A stretch of DNA of 64,000 bases, from the NCBI GenBank assembly GCA_964636545.1, contig CAZWSR010000001.1, forward strand, positions 13,254-77,253, written 5' to 3'. Of this stretch, positions 46,064 through 55,894 are shown piece by piece. The first letter of the stretch is position 1. Every line of letters starts with the position of its first letter. The translations under genes and the position numbers were made by a program. This DNA comes from Candidatus Undinarchaeota archaeon. Its GTDB lineage: Archaea > Undinarchaeota > Undinarchaeia > Undinarchaeales > UBA543. The notes below the pieces were generated by a model. It saw only the letters and a program-made list of their open reading frames with translations, was not told the origin of the DNA and did no database searches.

Positions 46064-46456
46064 ATGGGAATAGGAATTCTAAGTAAACGCGCAAAACTCA
46101 AAAGTGATTTTGACAACCCAGAAAATAAAGATTGGTTTGGGTTTGTAGAGAGACGAAGATGGCAATATCTTTACACTACTAATTGGGAACTTGTACATTA
46201 TGAAGATGTTGAAAAGGAAATTGGAAAAGTGAGAAGGCATATGAAAAGAGTGTCTAAGGATGTAAAGGAAGCTGAAGAAGAAGCTTTAGAAAAGAAAAAT
46301 AAAGGTGAAGAAGTTCCTGAAGGAGTTTGGAAGAAATTAAAGTTTTTGGAAGAAATGGAGAAAAAGATTACTGAGGTTCAAGCAGTATTAGATGAAAAAT
46401 TAAGAGAAGGACCAGAACATAGTTCAGAAGAATCTCCTGTTGTTGCTGAAGCTTAA
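46064..46456 (+). CDS. hypothetical protein
   Basis: 130-aa charged ORF with a TATA-like CTATAAATAGG about 30 bp upstream. Confidence 0.35.
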   Translation: MGIGILSKRAKLKSDFDNPENKDWFGFVERRRWQYLYTTNWELVHYEDVEKEIGKVRRHMKRVSKDVKEAEEEALEKKNKGEEVPEGVWKKLKFLEEMEKKITEVQAVLDEKLREGPEHSSEESPVVAEA

Positions 46457-46511
46457 ATTTATTCCAAAATCTAAATAGATAAGAGTTTTAGAGTATTATC
46501 TTTATTACACT

Positions 46512-47156
46512 TTATTCTACTGAACAATAGCATCCACAAGATTCAGTTGATACGCAATTAGTGAACATTGTGTCAAGACAACCGCCCATGTAAATGTCAA
46601 GTCCAACAGCAGATTCCTTGCACTCACCATAATTATACCCATCAATCTTGCATGCTATATCACAATCAGATGCAGTAGTAAATGAGGAAGAGCTTGGTAC
46701 ACAGCACATGTTAAGTGAAAAGAAACCAATAACCTCGCCACTCACTTTTGATCCTTCTGGACATTTAATATCATCTCCAGCAAGATTAACAACTGTTCCA
46801 CCTTGTGCTTCACAATCTTCTGGAAGGATTTCGGCTTCTTCTCCCTGACAAAGTGTTTCCCATTTCCTAATACAAGTTTTAGATGACTCGCACCAAGTAT
46901 ATCCAGCAGAAGTAAGACAACCATTCTCATCGCGGTCTCCGCCAATTAATTTTTCTTCAGGAGTTACACAACTTCCAGAACCATCGCAATCACTTGTCAT
47001 CATTTTTCCAGTATCTTCACTTGGAACACATTGTTTTTCGCAATTATCTGGACAAGTACTATACGTGTTGCTTTCGCAACTAGTAGCAAGATCAATACAA
47101 CCAGATACAAGGACTGCAACTAACACCAAAATTGAAATTAAAATGACTTTTTTCAT
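46512..47156 (-). CDS. Cys-rich secreted lipoprotein-like protein
   Basis: MKKVILISILVLVAVLVSGC lipobox-like signal. 24 Cys in the mature part. Confidence 0.45.
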   Translation of the reverse strand: MKKVILISILVLVAVLVSGCIDLATSCESNTYSTCPDNCEKQCVPSEDTGKMMTSDCDGSGSCVTPEEKLIGGDRDENGCLTSAGYTWCESSKTCIRKWETLCQGEEAEILPEDCEAQGGTVVNLAGDDIKCPEGSKVSGEVIGFFSLNMCCVPSSSSFTTASDCDIACKIDGYNYGECKESAVGLDIYMGGCLDTMFTNCVSTESCGCYCSVE

Positions 47157-47797
47157 TGTACAGCCTCAGCTGTGATTATTTTAACTTCTTCAACTGGTTT
47201 GTCTCCAGCGCCTGTTTGAACTTTTCCAATTGCATCAACAACTTCCATCCCAGTAACAACTTTTCCGAAAACAGGGTGCTTACTTGACAAAGGTTGTTTG
47301 TCCCAATCCAGCATAGTATTATCAACTAAATTTATGAAGAATTGACTTCCACCAGAATTTGGCCCAGAATTTGCCATTGAAATTGTTCCGCGAACATTTG
47401 TGCTTCCTGCAACAAACTCGTCTGCAATTTTGTAGCCAGGACCACCCATACCAGTTCCAGTTGGGTCTCCGCCTTGAATCATGAAACCGTCAATAACGCG
47501 GTGGAAAATAACGCCGTTGTAGAATCCTTCTCCAACAAGCTTCTTGAAATTTCCAGCAGTGATCGGCATATTATCATAAAGCTCTATGACAATGTCTCCG
47601 AGATTTGTTTTTAGAACAACTTGTGTTCCAGTTGATTCTTCAACTGGTGGTTCAACAGGTTTTTCAATTTGTACTTCTTCTTCCATTTGAGTTTCCCCAG
47701 TAGTTTCAGCTGACTTGATGCAGCCAGCTAGTAAAACTGCTATTAGCAGTATTAGTATTAAACTTATTTGTTTTTTCATTTTTTTAAATTTAACCAC
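47153..47797 (-). CDS. cyclophilin-type peptidyl-prolyl cis-trans isomerase (secreted/lipoprotein)
   Basis: Signal ...LLAGC, cyclophilin blocks GFYNGVIFHRVIDGFMIQGGDP and SMANSGPNSGGSQFFI. Confidence 0.85.
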   Translation of the reverse strand: MVKFKKMKKQISLILILLIAVLLAGCIKSAETTGETQMEEEVQIEKPVEPPVEESTGTQVVLKTNLGDIVIELYDNMPITAGNFKKLVGEGFYNGVIFHRVIDGFMIQGGDPTGTGMGGPGYKIADEFVAGSTNVRGTISMANSGPNSGGSQFFINLVDNTMLDWDKQPLSSKHPVFGKVVTGMEVVDAIGKVQTGAGDKPVEEVKIITAEAVQ

Positions 47798-47905
47798 AGC
47801 ATGGTTTTTTTGGTCCCATTTTTTACTCCAAAAAAAATAGAAAGTTCTTACTTAAATACTTGACGCAGAAAAACTATTAATACAATATGAGTAGATAAAT
47901 AGTGC

Positions 47906-48190
47906 ATGAACTCCAAATTGCATCGCATATTGATGCTTCTTTTGATAGTTGCAGTTATAGTAGGAGTTAGTTTTATGAAATTGGATACAACAGGTTTTGC
48001 AATTTTTCAGATGAATGACCAGAATTCTTTTGATCAAGGAAATTACACCCAAACAGTATATGATGGATCAGGTTTTGTCCAGCTTGACACTGGACAAACA
48101 AGTGGCTCATACACAAGCAATGTTTTTGATGCCACCGTCAGCATCAGTGCAAACAACTTCACCACTTTGCACAACCACACGTCCATCTGA
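47906..48190 (+). CDS. small secreted/membrane hypothetical protein
   Basis: N-terminal hydrophobic helix. Overlaps an alternative minus-strand ORF, so the call is uncertain. Confidence 0.25.
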   Translation: MNSKLHRILMLLLIVAVIVGVSFMKLDTTGFAIFQMNDQNSFDQGNYTQTVYDGSGFVQLDTGQTSGSYTSNVFDATVSISANNFTTLHNHTSI

Positions 48191-48281
48191 CATATAATTA
48201 TAGAAACCTCCGAATAATGCTATTACTATTAAAAGCGCTATTCCACCATAGACCATATGCTTGCGGTTTATGTATTCAATT

Positions 48282-48704
48282 TCAAGTTTGTGTCTGTTCA
48301 TTTTTCTTCTTACCCCTTGGTTTTTTCTTATTTAATATTACGAATTTTGAAAATCGTTTCTTTTTTTGGTTTTTTGGCTTTTCACCACGTGAAATTGCCT
48401 CGTAAACAGGGAGCTTGCCCTTGATGTCAGATAGTTTCTCCCTATACTTTTGCATGCGAATTCCATAGGTCAGAGCAGATAACTTTCCTGTTGAATAGCG
48501 GTCCAACTGTGCTTTTTTCATTAACTTGTCCAGAACTACTTCTTCAATTTTGAAATGCTCAACTTTTCTCTTTGCCCTGATTTTTCTTGTAATCCTGAAG
48601 GCTATGAAAGTGAAAGAGGAAAGGAGAACTACGATTATTATAAATTTCCCCCAATGTTTTTGCAAAACAGGAAGTAAACGTTTGAGATATTCTTCTTCCA
48701 GCAC
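48282..48704 (-). CDS. membrane-anchored basic hypothetical protein
   Basis: One TM helix near the N-terminus, K/R-rich C-terminus. May continue into ORF 48107..48301 through a homopolymer frameshift. Confidence 0.35.
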   Translation of the reverse strand: MLEEEYLKRLLPVLQKHWGKFIIIVVLLSSFTFIAFRITRKIRAKRKVEHFKIEEVVLDKLMKKAQLDRYSTGKLSALTYGIRMQKYREKLSDIKGKLPVYEAISRGEKPKNQKKKRFSKFVILNKKKPRGKKKNEQTQT

Positions 48705-48784
48705 TCAACTAACTCGCTAATTTACTAACTAGACAATACAACTAATCCAGGAAATTATAAAACAACAGACATATATACTAGATT

Positions 48785-49429
48785 TTGATAATTAAAATTA
48801 TGGATGCGAGAAATACATTAAGACAGCATTTGATTGTTGGTATTTTTTCATTAGGTTTAGTTTCTATTTTCAATTTTTTACTTGATGTTTCCTGGTCTGT
48901 ATCGTTTGCTAGAGTTTCATTTATTTTATTATTTTTAATTTTAATTATTGGTCCTTTAATGAGGATGAAAAAACCTACAACAAATTCATCACCTTTATTT
49001 GCTCCTTGGAGTTGGAGAGGAGAGCTTGGAATTTGGTTTACTCTAATAGCTATAATTCATTTTATAATTGTAATTAGTGGGAGATCTTTTTCAAGCTTAA
49101 TACACATAGGCGGTGAAGGATATGGACTTGCTAATTTACTTGGTTTAGTTTCTTTATTTTGGGCATTATTGCTTACAGCTACCTCTTTTGGTAAGGTAAT
49201 TGAATTTTTAGGTATAGATTTGTGGAAATGGCTTCATAGTTTGACTCATGCAATATTTTATTTGGTTTCTGGACATTTTATTTATTTCCAATTCTTTTCA
49301 ACTTATGGCGGAGGAGGCCCAGATTGGTTTGGATACCTTGCTGTGGGAATGGCGATTACAGTAATAGTTCTACAATTAGTTGCGTTTGTATTAATGATTA
49401 CAAAACATAGGGGAGAAAAAATAACGTAA
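48785..49429 (+). CDS. ferric-reductase-like transmembrane protein (MsrQ/YedZ-like heme-binding membrane subunit)
   Basis: Six predicted TM helices with conserved His (IAIIHFIIV, WLHSLTHAIFY). Confidence 0.45.
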   Translation: MIIKIMDARNTLRQHLIVGIFSLGLVSIFNFLLDVSWSVSFARVSFILLFLILIIGPLMRMKKPTTNSSPLFAPWSWRGELGIWFTLIAIIHFIIVISGRSFSSLIHIGGEGYGLANLLGLVSLFWALLLTATSFGKVIEFLGIDLWKWLHSLTHAIFYLVSGHFIYFQFFSTYGGGGPDWFGYLAVGMAITVIVLQLVAFVLMITKHRGEKIT

Positions 49430-49496
49430 TTACTTTTGTCACCAACTGGAAAGAGTTAATGAAATTTTATAAAGAGTAACTGTTCTGTTCCTTTTT

Positions 49497-49775
49497 ATGA
49501 ATGAATTTAAGTATAGAGTTGCTAGGCAAACAATTCTTGAAACTTTAAGCAGGCGCAGGAAATGGGGCGGCTCGCATACTCATTACAAGTACGCTTTTGC
49601 AAGAATTCCAAGAGAGGAATGGGGTTCAAAAGAAGTTAAGCAGGCGTTTTCTGATTTGGTGAAGGAAGAAAAAATTTTACTCAAGAAAACAGTAGAGGAA
49701 GCTCATGTTTCTCTTAATACGAAACTGTCTGAAGAAATAAAAGCAGAAATCAATGCATCTATAAATATATATTAA
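49497..49775 (+). CDS. hypothetical protein
   Basis: 92-aa basic ORF. Confidence 0.3.
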   Translation: MNEFKYRVARQTILETLSRRRKWGGSHTHYKYAFARIPREEWGSKEVKQAFSDLVKEEKILLKKTVEEAHVSLNTKLSEEIKAEINASINIY

Positions 49776-49813
49776 TATATGAATGAGAAAGGTTTAAATA
49801 GTGGTGAAAAAAC

Positions 49814-50161
49814 ATGAATAGTATGAACAAAGTGGAAACAACATTATTCACAGAAGCAGTAGGGAACTCTCCAACAGCGAGAGTTCTTGACATTCTCACA
49901 ACCGGGCGAGGATTCTCCTACTCTCTAAGCGACATGGTAAGAGCAGCGCAAGTAAGCTGGGCAACTGTACACGAAGTAATTCCAAGATTGGAAAAACAAG
50001 GAATAATCAAGCATACGCGCGATTTGGGCAGGGCAAAGCTGTATCAGATAAATAATGATAATGAAATTGCACAAGCCCTAATAAATCTGTCACTCAAAGT
50101 TCAGAACGATTACATTGACAATGTAGTTGCAAAAAAGTACGGCGTTAAAGTAAAAGCTTGA
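49814..50161 (+). CDS. winged-helix transcriptional regulator
   Basis: 115 aa. FSYSLSDMVRAAQVSWATVHEVIPRLEKQGIIK helix-turn-helix plus wing. Confidence 0.45.
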   Translation: MNSMNKVETTLFTEAVGNSPTARVLDILTTGRGFSYSLSDMVRAAQVSWATVHEVIPRLEKQGIIKHTRDLGRAKLYQINNDNEIAQALINLSLKVQNDYIDNVVAKKYGVKVKA

Positions 50162-50204
50162 ACAAACAACAAACTAAATAAACCCCCACTAAGTATACGC
50201 ACTC

Positions 50205-50921
50205 ATGGAAAAATTACCAACTGGAGTTACTGGAATTGACAAAGTTTTAGGCGGCGGAATACCTGCTGGTTATAATATTGTTCTTCTTGGAGATCCGGGA
50301 ACAAAAAAGAGCTTGCTTGCAAAACATATTGCTTATGAGCATTTAAAAAACGGAGGAACTGTTCTATATACTGTTACTGACAAGAGCCCTGTAAATTTGG
50401 AAAGTGAGTTTAAGGAATGTGGTTTTGAAGGAATTGGCGGGTATTTTCAGGACGGTTCTATTGAAGTTATTGATGTTTACTCGTGGAAAACAGGCAAGGA
50501 CTCTGTGAAAACCGGTGACTTGACAGCTGTTTCAATTGAAATTGGAAAACGTAGAGCCAAGCTTGAGCAAAAGCGAAATGTTATGGAGATTTTTGACACT
50601 GCTTCTGAATTCCTGCTTTATTCAGACCACACTGCTGTCCTGAAATTCTTTGAAAAAGCATGTGCAAGAGCACGAGAATCTGGAACACTTTTGATTTTCA
50701 TTGTTGAAGACGGCATGCACACTAAAGAGGAACTGACAATTTTTGAATCATTTTCACAAGGCACTCTAGAATTGCAAAATGACGATAAGGGTCGCTACAT
50801 CCGTGTTGTTAAAATGGATGCAGTTGATTATGATTTGGACTGGGTGCCAATTGATCTGATTGGGAATAAAATTAAGGTTGTTAAGAAAACAGCTGCGAAA
50901 AAGAAACCTGTAAAAAAGTAG
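50205..50921 (+). CDS. KaiC-like/RecA-superfamily ATPase
   Basis: Walker A LLGDPGTKKS, Walker B LIFIVED, single KaiC/RadA-like domain. Confidence 0.65.
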   Translation: MEKLPTGVTGIDKVLGGGIPAGYNIVLLGDPGTKKSLLAKHIAYEHLKNGGTVLYTVTDKSPVNLESEFKECGFEGIGGYFQDGSIEVIDVYSWKTGKDSVKTGDLTAVSIEIGKRRAKLEQKRNVMEIFDTASEFLLYSDHTAVLKFFEKACARARESGTLLIFIVEDGMHTKEELTIFESFSQGTLELQNDDKGRYIRVVKMDAVDYDLDWVPIDLIGNKIKVVKKTAAKKKPVKK

Positions 50922-50963
50922 TTACCCAAACATATAAAAGCAAGGATAACCACGAGAATTATC

Positions 50964-51200
50964 ATGACAAAAGTCACTGTTGAACGCGTACTGCAAATCT
51001 CATTAGTAGCAATTGCTGCAGTTACAGTAGTGTCAATGTTCGTTGCATCAGGTTTGTCCCTGACCGGATTTTCACTGCTTGGAAAGCAAGTTGCATCAAA
51101 TGAAGGTGGAAGTAGCGTGTTTAAAATCGGAAGCTTGTCACTGCTTTTAGTGAGCTTCGTTGCATTGTTCTTCCTTGCTTGGAAGAGTAAAGATTGGTAA
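50964..51200 (+). CDS. small two-TM membrane protein
   Basis: 78 aa, two hydrophobic helices. Confidence 0.3.
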   Translation: MTKVTVERVLQISLVAIAAVTVVSMFVASGLSLTGFSLLGKQVASNEGGSSVFKIGSLSLLLVSFVALFFLAWKSKDW

Positions 51201-51279
51201 AGAAGCTAAGAAGTGACATATGTAAGTAGCTTGTTATAGAAAGGTTTATATACTAGATTTTTTACCCCTATTTAAAGGT

Positions 51280-51510
51280 ATGCAACTATTAGGACGCGTA
51301 ATGCACAAAACAAAAGATGGCGCACTGGTTTTAAAGTGTGAGTCAAATATTCCAAAGGAGAATGCGGTAATTTTTGATTCAGAAAAAAACAAAATTGGTT
51401 TTGTTTCCGAGATTTTCGGTCCAGTCAAAAAGCCGTATGTGTCTGTGAAACTGAAAAAAAGTGCTGACGCTGATAAATTAATTGATAAAGAATTATACTC
51501 AAAGGTGTAA
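51280..51510 (+). CDS. gar1: H/ACA ribonucleoprotein subunit Gar1
   Basis: [20 protein letters not shown]...[19 protein letters not shown] matches the Gar1 core. Conserved gar1-tfb linkage. Confidence 0.8.
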   Translation: MQLLGRVMHKTKDGALVLKCESNIPKENAVIFDSEKNKIGFVSEIFGPVKKPYVSVKLKKSADADKLIDKELYSKV

Positions 51511-51512
51511 AA

Positions 51513-52424
51513 ATGGCTGATAAATGTCCGGAATGCGGATCACAAAGTTTGACAACAGACCCACGAAGAGCAGAGAAAATCTGCGGGAAATGCGGTCTTG
51601 TAGTGGAAGATAGACAAATCGACACTACTCAAGAATGGCGTGCTTTTGATTATGAGCAGAAGCAGAAGCGCGACAGAACAGGTTCTTTTTTAACTTATAC
51701 ACGTCATGACAAGGGTCTCAGCACATCGATTGGAGACCAAGGATATTCTGACTTGTATAAACTAGCTCCATCAAAAAGAGCAGCTTTTTACAGATTAAAA
51801 CGATGGCACAGACAGGTTTCAACAGCAACTGAAAGAAACCTAAGATATGCTTTATCTGAACTTGACAGAGTTTCAAGTGCAATTGGATTGCCAAAAAACA
51901 TCCGAGAAACAACTGCATTGATTTATAGGAAAGCAGTAACACGCGGACTTGTTAGAGGCCGTTCAATGGAATCTGTTGTTGCAGCAGCACTTTACGCAGC
52001 TTGCAGAAAACACAATGTTCCAAGAACACTTGATGAAATTGCAGAAGGTTCTGGAGTTAAGAAACGCGAAGTTGGACGAACTTACAGGTTCATTACAAGA
52101 GAATTGGGAATAAAATTGCTCCCAACAAGTCCAATTGACTATATTTCAAGATTCTCATCTGAGCTAAAACTTGCCCCAAAAACACAGGAGAGAGCAATCA
52201 AAATTCTAAAACAAGCTCAGACCAAGGACCTGATCTCAGGACGAGGACCAACAGGCGTTGCAGCAGCTTCAATTTATGTTGCTTCAACACTTGAAAATGA
52301 GAAACGGACTCAGAGAGAAGTTGCTGAAGTAGCTGGAGTAACTGAAGTTACAATCCGAAACAGGTACAAAGAACTTATTGAAGAACTTGGAATTGAAGAT
52401 AAGATGCTGGAAGCTGCTAGTTAG
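51513..52424 (+). CDS. tfb: transcription initiation factor IIB
   Basis: N-terminal zinc ribbon CPECGS...CGKCG, B-finger and two cyclin repeats. Confidence 0.95.
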   Translation: MADKCPECGSQSLTTDPRRAEKICGKCGLVVEDRQIDTTQEWRAFDYEQKQKRDRTGSFLTYTRHDKGLSTSIGDQGYSDLYKLAPSKRAAFYRLKRWHRQVSTATERNLRYALSELDRVSSAIGLPKNIRETTALIYRKAVTRGLVRGRSMESVVAAALYAACRKHNVPRTLDEIAEGSGVKKREVGRTYRFITRELGIKLLPTSPIDYISRFSSELKLAPKTQERAIKILKQAQTKDLISGRGPTGVAAASIYVASTLENEKRTQREVAEVAGVTEVTIRNRYKELIEELGIEDKMLEAAS

Positions 52425-52428
52425 AACT

Positions 52429-53187
52429 TCATAAACGAATAATATCTTTAGTACGACCACGATTGTAGTCTTTTACTTCTTTTTCTATTTCAGTAAAAGT
52501 TGTTCCTTTTGAAGTTATACCTTTACTTTTTAATTGACCTAGTGCATTTACCATAAAATGAACCTCGGTTTGGATAAATTCAAGAACTTTTAATGGGGTT
52601 GGATTGCCTCTTGCGCCCTCAATTGAATCATCGATGAAATCAGAAAACTGTCGATATGTTTTTTTGACCTTCTTCAAATAATCTAGAATCTTTTTTTGTT
52701 CTTCTGATGTGGAACCTTTATTTTTCTTTTTCTTTGGAGGATGAAGAAGTTTTCCAAGATGTATATTTAGTGCCCTCATTTGACCAGAATATATAGAAGT
52801 TAAGCTATCCAATTTTTCAAGTGCATCTGCCAATGTTTTCACTTTTTTCGGCAGGGGAACATATTTTTTTATTTTCGCAAATAGAACTGGTTGAGGGTGT
52901 CCTGCTTTAAGAAGTGCCTGAATTTTCGCGTCTATTTTCTTAACTAATTTTTCATCAGAAATCTGTTTTTTATCTTGGATTATTTTTGCTTTTTTACCTT
53001 TTGCACGTTTTTCTTTTCTCTTTTTCCTGAAATGTTGAATAAGAACAAAGACGAAAATGAGAATAAAAACACCACCAACAAGTCCAATAGCTGGACCCAA
53101 AGCACTACCAAAATTAGCTGTAGAAGTGTCCTCTGATTTAGGCTCAGCAGTTACATTTTTTGGTGCGAAAGATAAGTATTGCGTCAT
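52429..53187 (-). CDS. membrane-anchored K-rich hypothetical protein
   Basis: One N-terminal TM helix (GLVGGVFILIFVFVLI), then a lysine-rich helical region. Confidence 0.35.
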   Translation of the reverse strand: MTQYLSFAPKNVTAEPKSEDTSTANFGSALGPAIGLVGGVFILIFVFVLIQHFRKKRKEKRAKGKKAKIIQDKKQISDEKLVKKIDAKIQALLKAGHPQPVLFAKIKKYVPLPKKVKTLADALEKLDSLTSIYSGQMRALNIHLGKLLHPPKKKKNKGSTSEEQKKILDYLKKVKKTYRQFSDFIDDSIEGARGNPTPLKVLEFIQTEVHFMVNALGQLKSKGITSKGTTFTEIEKEVKDYNRGRTKDIIRL

Positions 53188-53223
53188 TGTTTTGAGTAAG
53201 GATTAAGTTGTTTAAATGGTTTA

Positions 53224-54216
53224 TTATTTCAACCGAACTGCCTGATCTTTGAAATGCGTTCGAGTTGCTTTGAACTTTTTCATAACTTCTGTTAATTTCG
53301 GCTGTTGTTTTCCTTTGTATAATTCCCGAACAGAATAAAATAATGGTTTTCCATTTGCTTCTTCAATCATCATGTCAAGGAGCTTGTGCTCGAAATCTAA
53401 TTTTTTCAAAAATGGTTTGTCCCAGAGTTTGCCAATCCAAAGTGGGCCAGCTTGCTTGTAACCTTTTTTTGGAGTTTTCGATAATGATCGCTTTCCAGTT
53501 CTTGGATTATAATTAACATAACCAATATTTTTAGGTTTGAGGTTGGAGGTTTGTGGTTTGAGGAATTTCACGAATACTCTGATGTAGTGGTCTGTGCTTA
53601 AGCTTACTAGCGGTTTCATAATCCGTGTTGATTTTCTCGCAATTAAACCAAGCAATAATCTAACAGCAACTTCGTGAACAAACTCACACTTGATTGCAGT
53701 TGCCCCCAAATATTTTGGCATTGGTGAACCAGCTTGTGGAGCAACACCACAAAGTGCCATCATGTCAGTTGCAGTTGCGCAAAGCATTCCATTAGATTTC
53801 AATCCAGCTAATGCAGAATCAACAAACGATGCAGGAGTTCCAAATGGGTCAAGATCAATTAAATCATATTTTTGAGCTGTGAGGAGCTCATTAGCATCTC
53901 CGCGGAAAGTTTCAATTTTAACTTTGTTGAACTTGGCATTTTTTTGAAGCAAATCAATTGCAGATTGGCGAATATCGCCAGCGAAAACTTTAGTATTTTT
54001 TATTTTAGCATAACGGATTGCCCTAATACCAGTAGCAGCAAATGGTTCGCAAATCTTTGCTTGTTTCCGAGTTTTCAAAAACTCTTTTGCAACAGCCATG
54101 CTCAAGTCACGGTTCAGCTTCATTCGCGGATTGTAGAAAGCAATTGACTGAACTGGACTATTGCCCTGGCTAGGGATTTTGATTGTAACACTGTCTTCTG
54201 TTATGGAATTTGTCAT
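53224..54216 (-). CDS. trm1: tRNA (guanine(26)-N2)-dimethyltransferase
   Basis: SAM-binding FAATGIRAIRYA and DPFGTPASF blocks typical of Trm1. Confidence 0.8.
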   Translation of the reverse strand: MTNSITEDSVTIKIPSQGNSPVQSIAFYNPRMKLNRDLSMAVAKEFLKTRKQAKICEPFAATGIRAIRYAKIKNTKVFAGDIRQSAIDLLQKNAKFNKVKIETFRGDANELLTAQKYDLIDLDPFGTPASFVDSALAGLKSNGMLCATATDMMALCGVAPQAGSPMPKYLGATAIKCEFVHEVAVRLLLGLIARKSTRIMKPLVSLSTDHYIRVFVKFLKPQTSNLKPKNIGYVNYNPRTGKRSLSKTPKKGYKQAGPLWIGKLWDKPFLKKLDFEHKLLDMMIEEANGKPLFYSVRELYKGKQQPKLTEVMKKFKATRTHFKDQAVRLK

Positions 54217-54271
54217 TAAGATACCTAAACACTACCTTTAAATATGAATTTGCTTACTTATACATTACTGT

Positions 54272-55882
54272 ATGGATGTAAACACCCTCCTGGATTACGT
54301 AGAGGAACTTCTGAATATGTACGGGTACGAGACTCGAAGGAATGTTGGAATTGTTGGTGGAAAAATTGTTACAGCACCTCTTGAAAAAGAAACTGGAACA
54401 CTAGATAATTTTGAAAAACTTCCGAAAAAGGAAGAAGAAGGGATAGTTTACAAAGCAGATATTCTAGCAGAAAAAAAAGATATTGAGCGACCTTTTGGAA
54501 GAATTGTTGTCAGATACAAACGCGGAAATACGCCAGTCACTGTTGCAGACTGTGAACACGCTGGACAAATTCGAGACCATGCAGATGCACACTCTGTTCT
54601 TTTACTTTCAACTAATGGCTCAACACCAGATTCTGAAACCGCAGCAGTTCCATTAAATGTTACAATAATCACCCCAGAAAAAGTGCAGACACTTCTTGGA
54701 AAAGCAATGACAAAAGACAAGTGGTGGTTCAATGCTCCAGCTTACCCAGTTACTTGGAGTTTTGAAAATGTGAAATTCAAACTAAAATGGTTCTTTGAAA
54801 AAATGCTTTTCATTAATTTCAATTGTATTTGGTTCCCGCACAAGGAACTTGCTTATGAACCATATTGGAAATTTTCATATCATGTTGCAAAAGATGGTGA
54901 AATGAAGGACGGTTATTTTGCAATAAACGCATTCACTGGCGAGCTTGATGTCTGGTTTGATAGTGATCCAAATATTGCAGGAGCTGTTGAGGCACACACT
55001 AAAAAAGCGTGGTTCTATGCAGGAATCATAAATGTTATTGAAAGTTGTGCAATGGTACCTCGAGTTAAAATTAAGAAGCCAAAACTACCAAAGGGCGTGA
55101 ATTTCCAAGTTTACAGGCCAGCAATGGAGAAGCATGAGGCAAAACTTGCAGCAATTCAATGGGTTTCGTACGTTGAAGGCGTTAAACCAGAAGATGTTGT
55201 GATAACAGGCCGTGAATTGATTTACAATCCATGGTGGAAAATTTATTACTTCTACAGACCTCTTGTCAAAAATGCATGGGATGATACTGAATATACTGCA
55301 TTGAAAATGAGTGCTGTTTACGGAGATATTTTCAACCAGTGGAAACTGTATGGAAACAAACGAGATATTATTTATTACTACATGGAGAAATCGCTAATTA
55401 AATTACTTGGAAGAAATAGGTATGTTAAATTCATGAGAAAAGTGACACTCGGAATAGCGGTTTTGTGGTGGAACTACAACCTTGAACTAAAGCCAATTTA
55501 CATTTGGATTCTTTTGCTTATGATTACAATGGGAACAATTTACGCTTTTGTGAGCGCAACTTGGGGCCTAAGTTTGATACTTGGTTTGCTCCTTGTTTTC
55601 ATATTCATGGGACCAGGATACGCATTCCTATATGTGATTCAGGATTACTTGAAAAGATATCCAACTAAGAATTATCCTCACCCATCATTAACTAAAAAGA
55701 AATACGAAAAGAAAATAAAGCCAGTTGAAGATGCAAAGAGTGCAGTAGCACAGCTAGAAAGAATGTCTGCAGATGGGAAACTAACAGCAACAGAAAAGAA
55801 AGAGCTAACTAAACTTAGAAAAGTTAAGGTAGATGCACTAGTGAAAACTGCAAAAGGAAAGAAAAGATTCTGGCAAAGGTAA
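54272..55882 (+). CDS. membrane protein with N-terminal Mrr-cat-like restriction-endonuclease domain and C-terminal SHOCT-like motif
   Basis: ADILAEKKDIERPFGRIVVRYKRG...SVLLLSTNG resembles the Mrr_cat core. Two TM helices at about residue 440-490. C-terminal KLTATEKKELTKLRK (SHOCT-like). Confidence 0.4.
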   Translation: MDVNTLLDYVEELLNMYGYETRRNVGIVGGKIVTAPLEKETGTLDNFEKLPKKEEEGIVYKADILAEKKDIERPFGRIVVRYKRGNTPVTVADCEHAGQIRDHADAHSVLLLSTNGSTPDSETAAVPLNVTIITPEKVQTLLGKAMTKDKWWFNAPAYPVTWSFENVKFKLKWFFEKMLFINFNCIWFPHKELAYEPYWKFSYHVAKDGEMKDGYFAINAFTGELDVWFDSDPNIAGAVEAHTKKAWFYAGIINVIESCAMVPRVKIKKPKLPKGVNFQVYRPAMEKHEAKLAAIQWVSYVEGVKPEDVVITGRELIYNPWWKIYYFYRPLVKNAWDDTEYTALKMSAVYGDIFNQWKLYGNKRDIIYYYMEKSLIKLLGRNRYVKFMRKVTLGIAVLWWNYNLELKPIYIWILLLMITMGTIYAFVSATWGLSLILGLLLVFIFMGPGYAFLYVIQDYLKRYPTKNYPHPSLTKKKYEKKIKPVEDAKSAVAQLERMSADGKLTATEKKELTKLRKVKVDALVKTAKGKKRFWQR

Positions 55883-55894
55883 AGAGGGGAATAA

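Noticed and set aside
48107-48704. Possible frameshifted single gene spanning ORFs 48282..48704 and 48107..48301.
   Set aside because: Only a 20-nt overlap near homopolymer runs. No conserved domain links the two parts, so a frameshift cannot be supported from sequence alone.
51280-52424. gar1 immediately upstream of tfb considered as unusual.
   Set aside because: This linkage is a well-known conserved arrangement in archaea.
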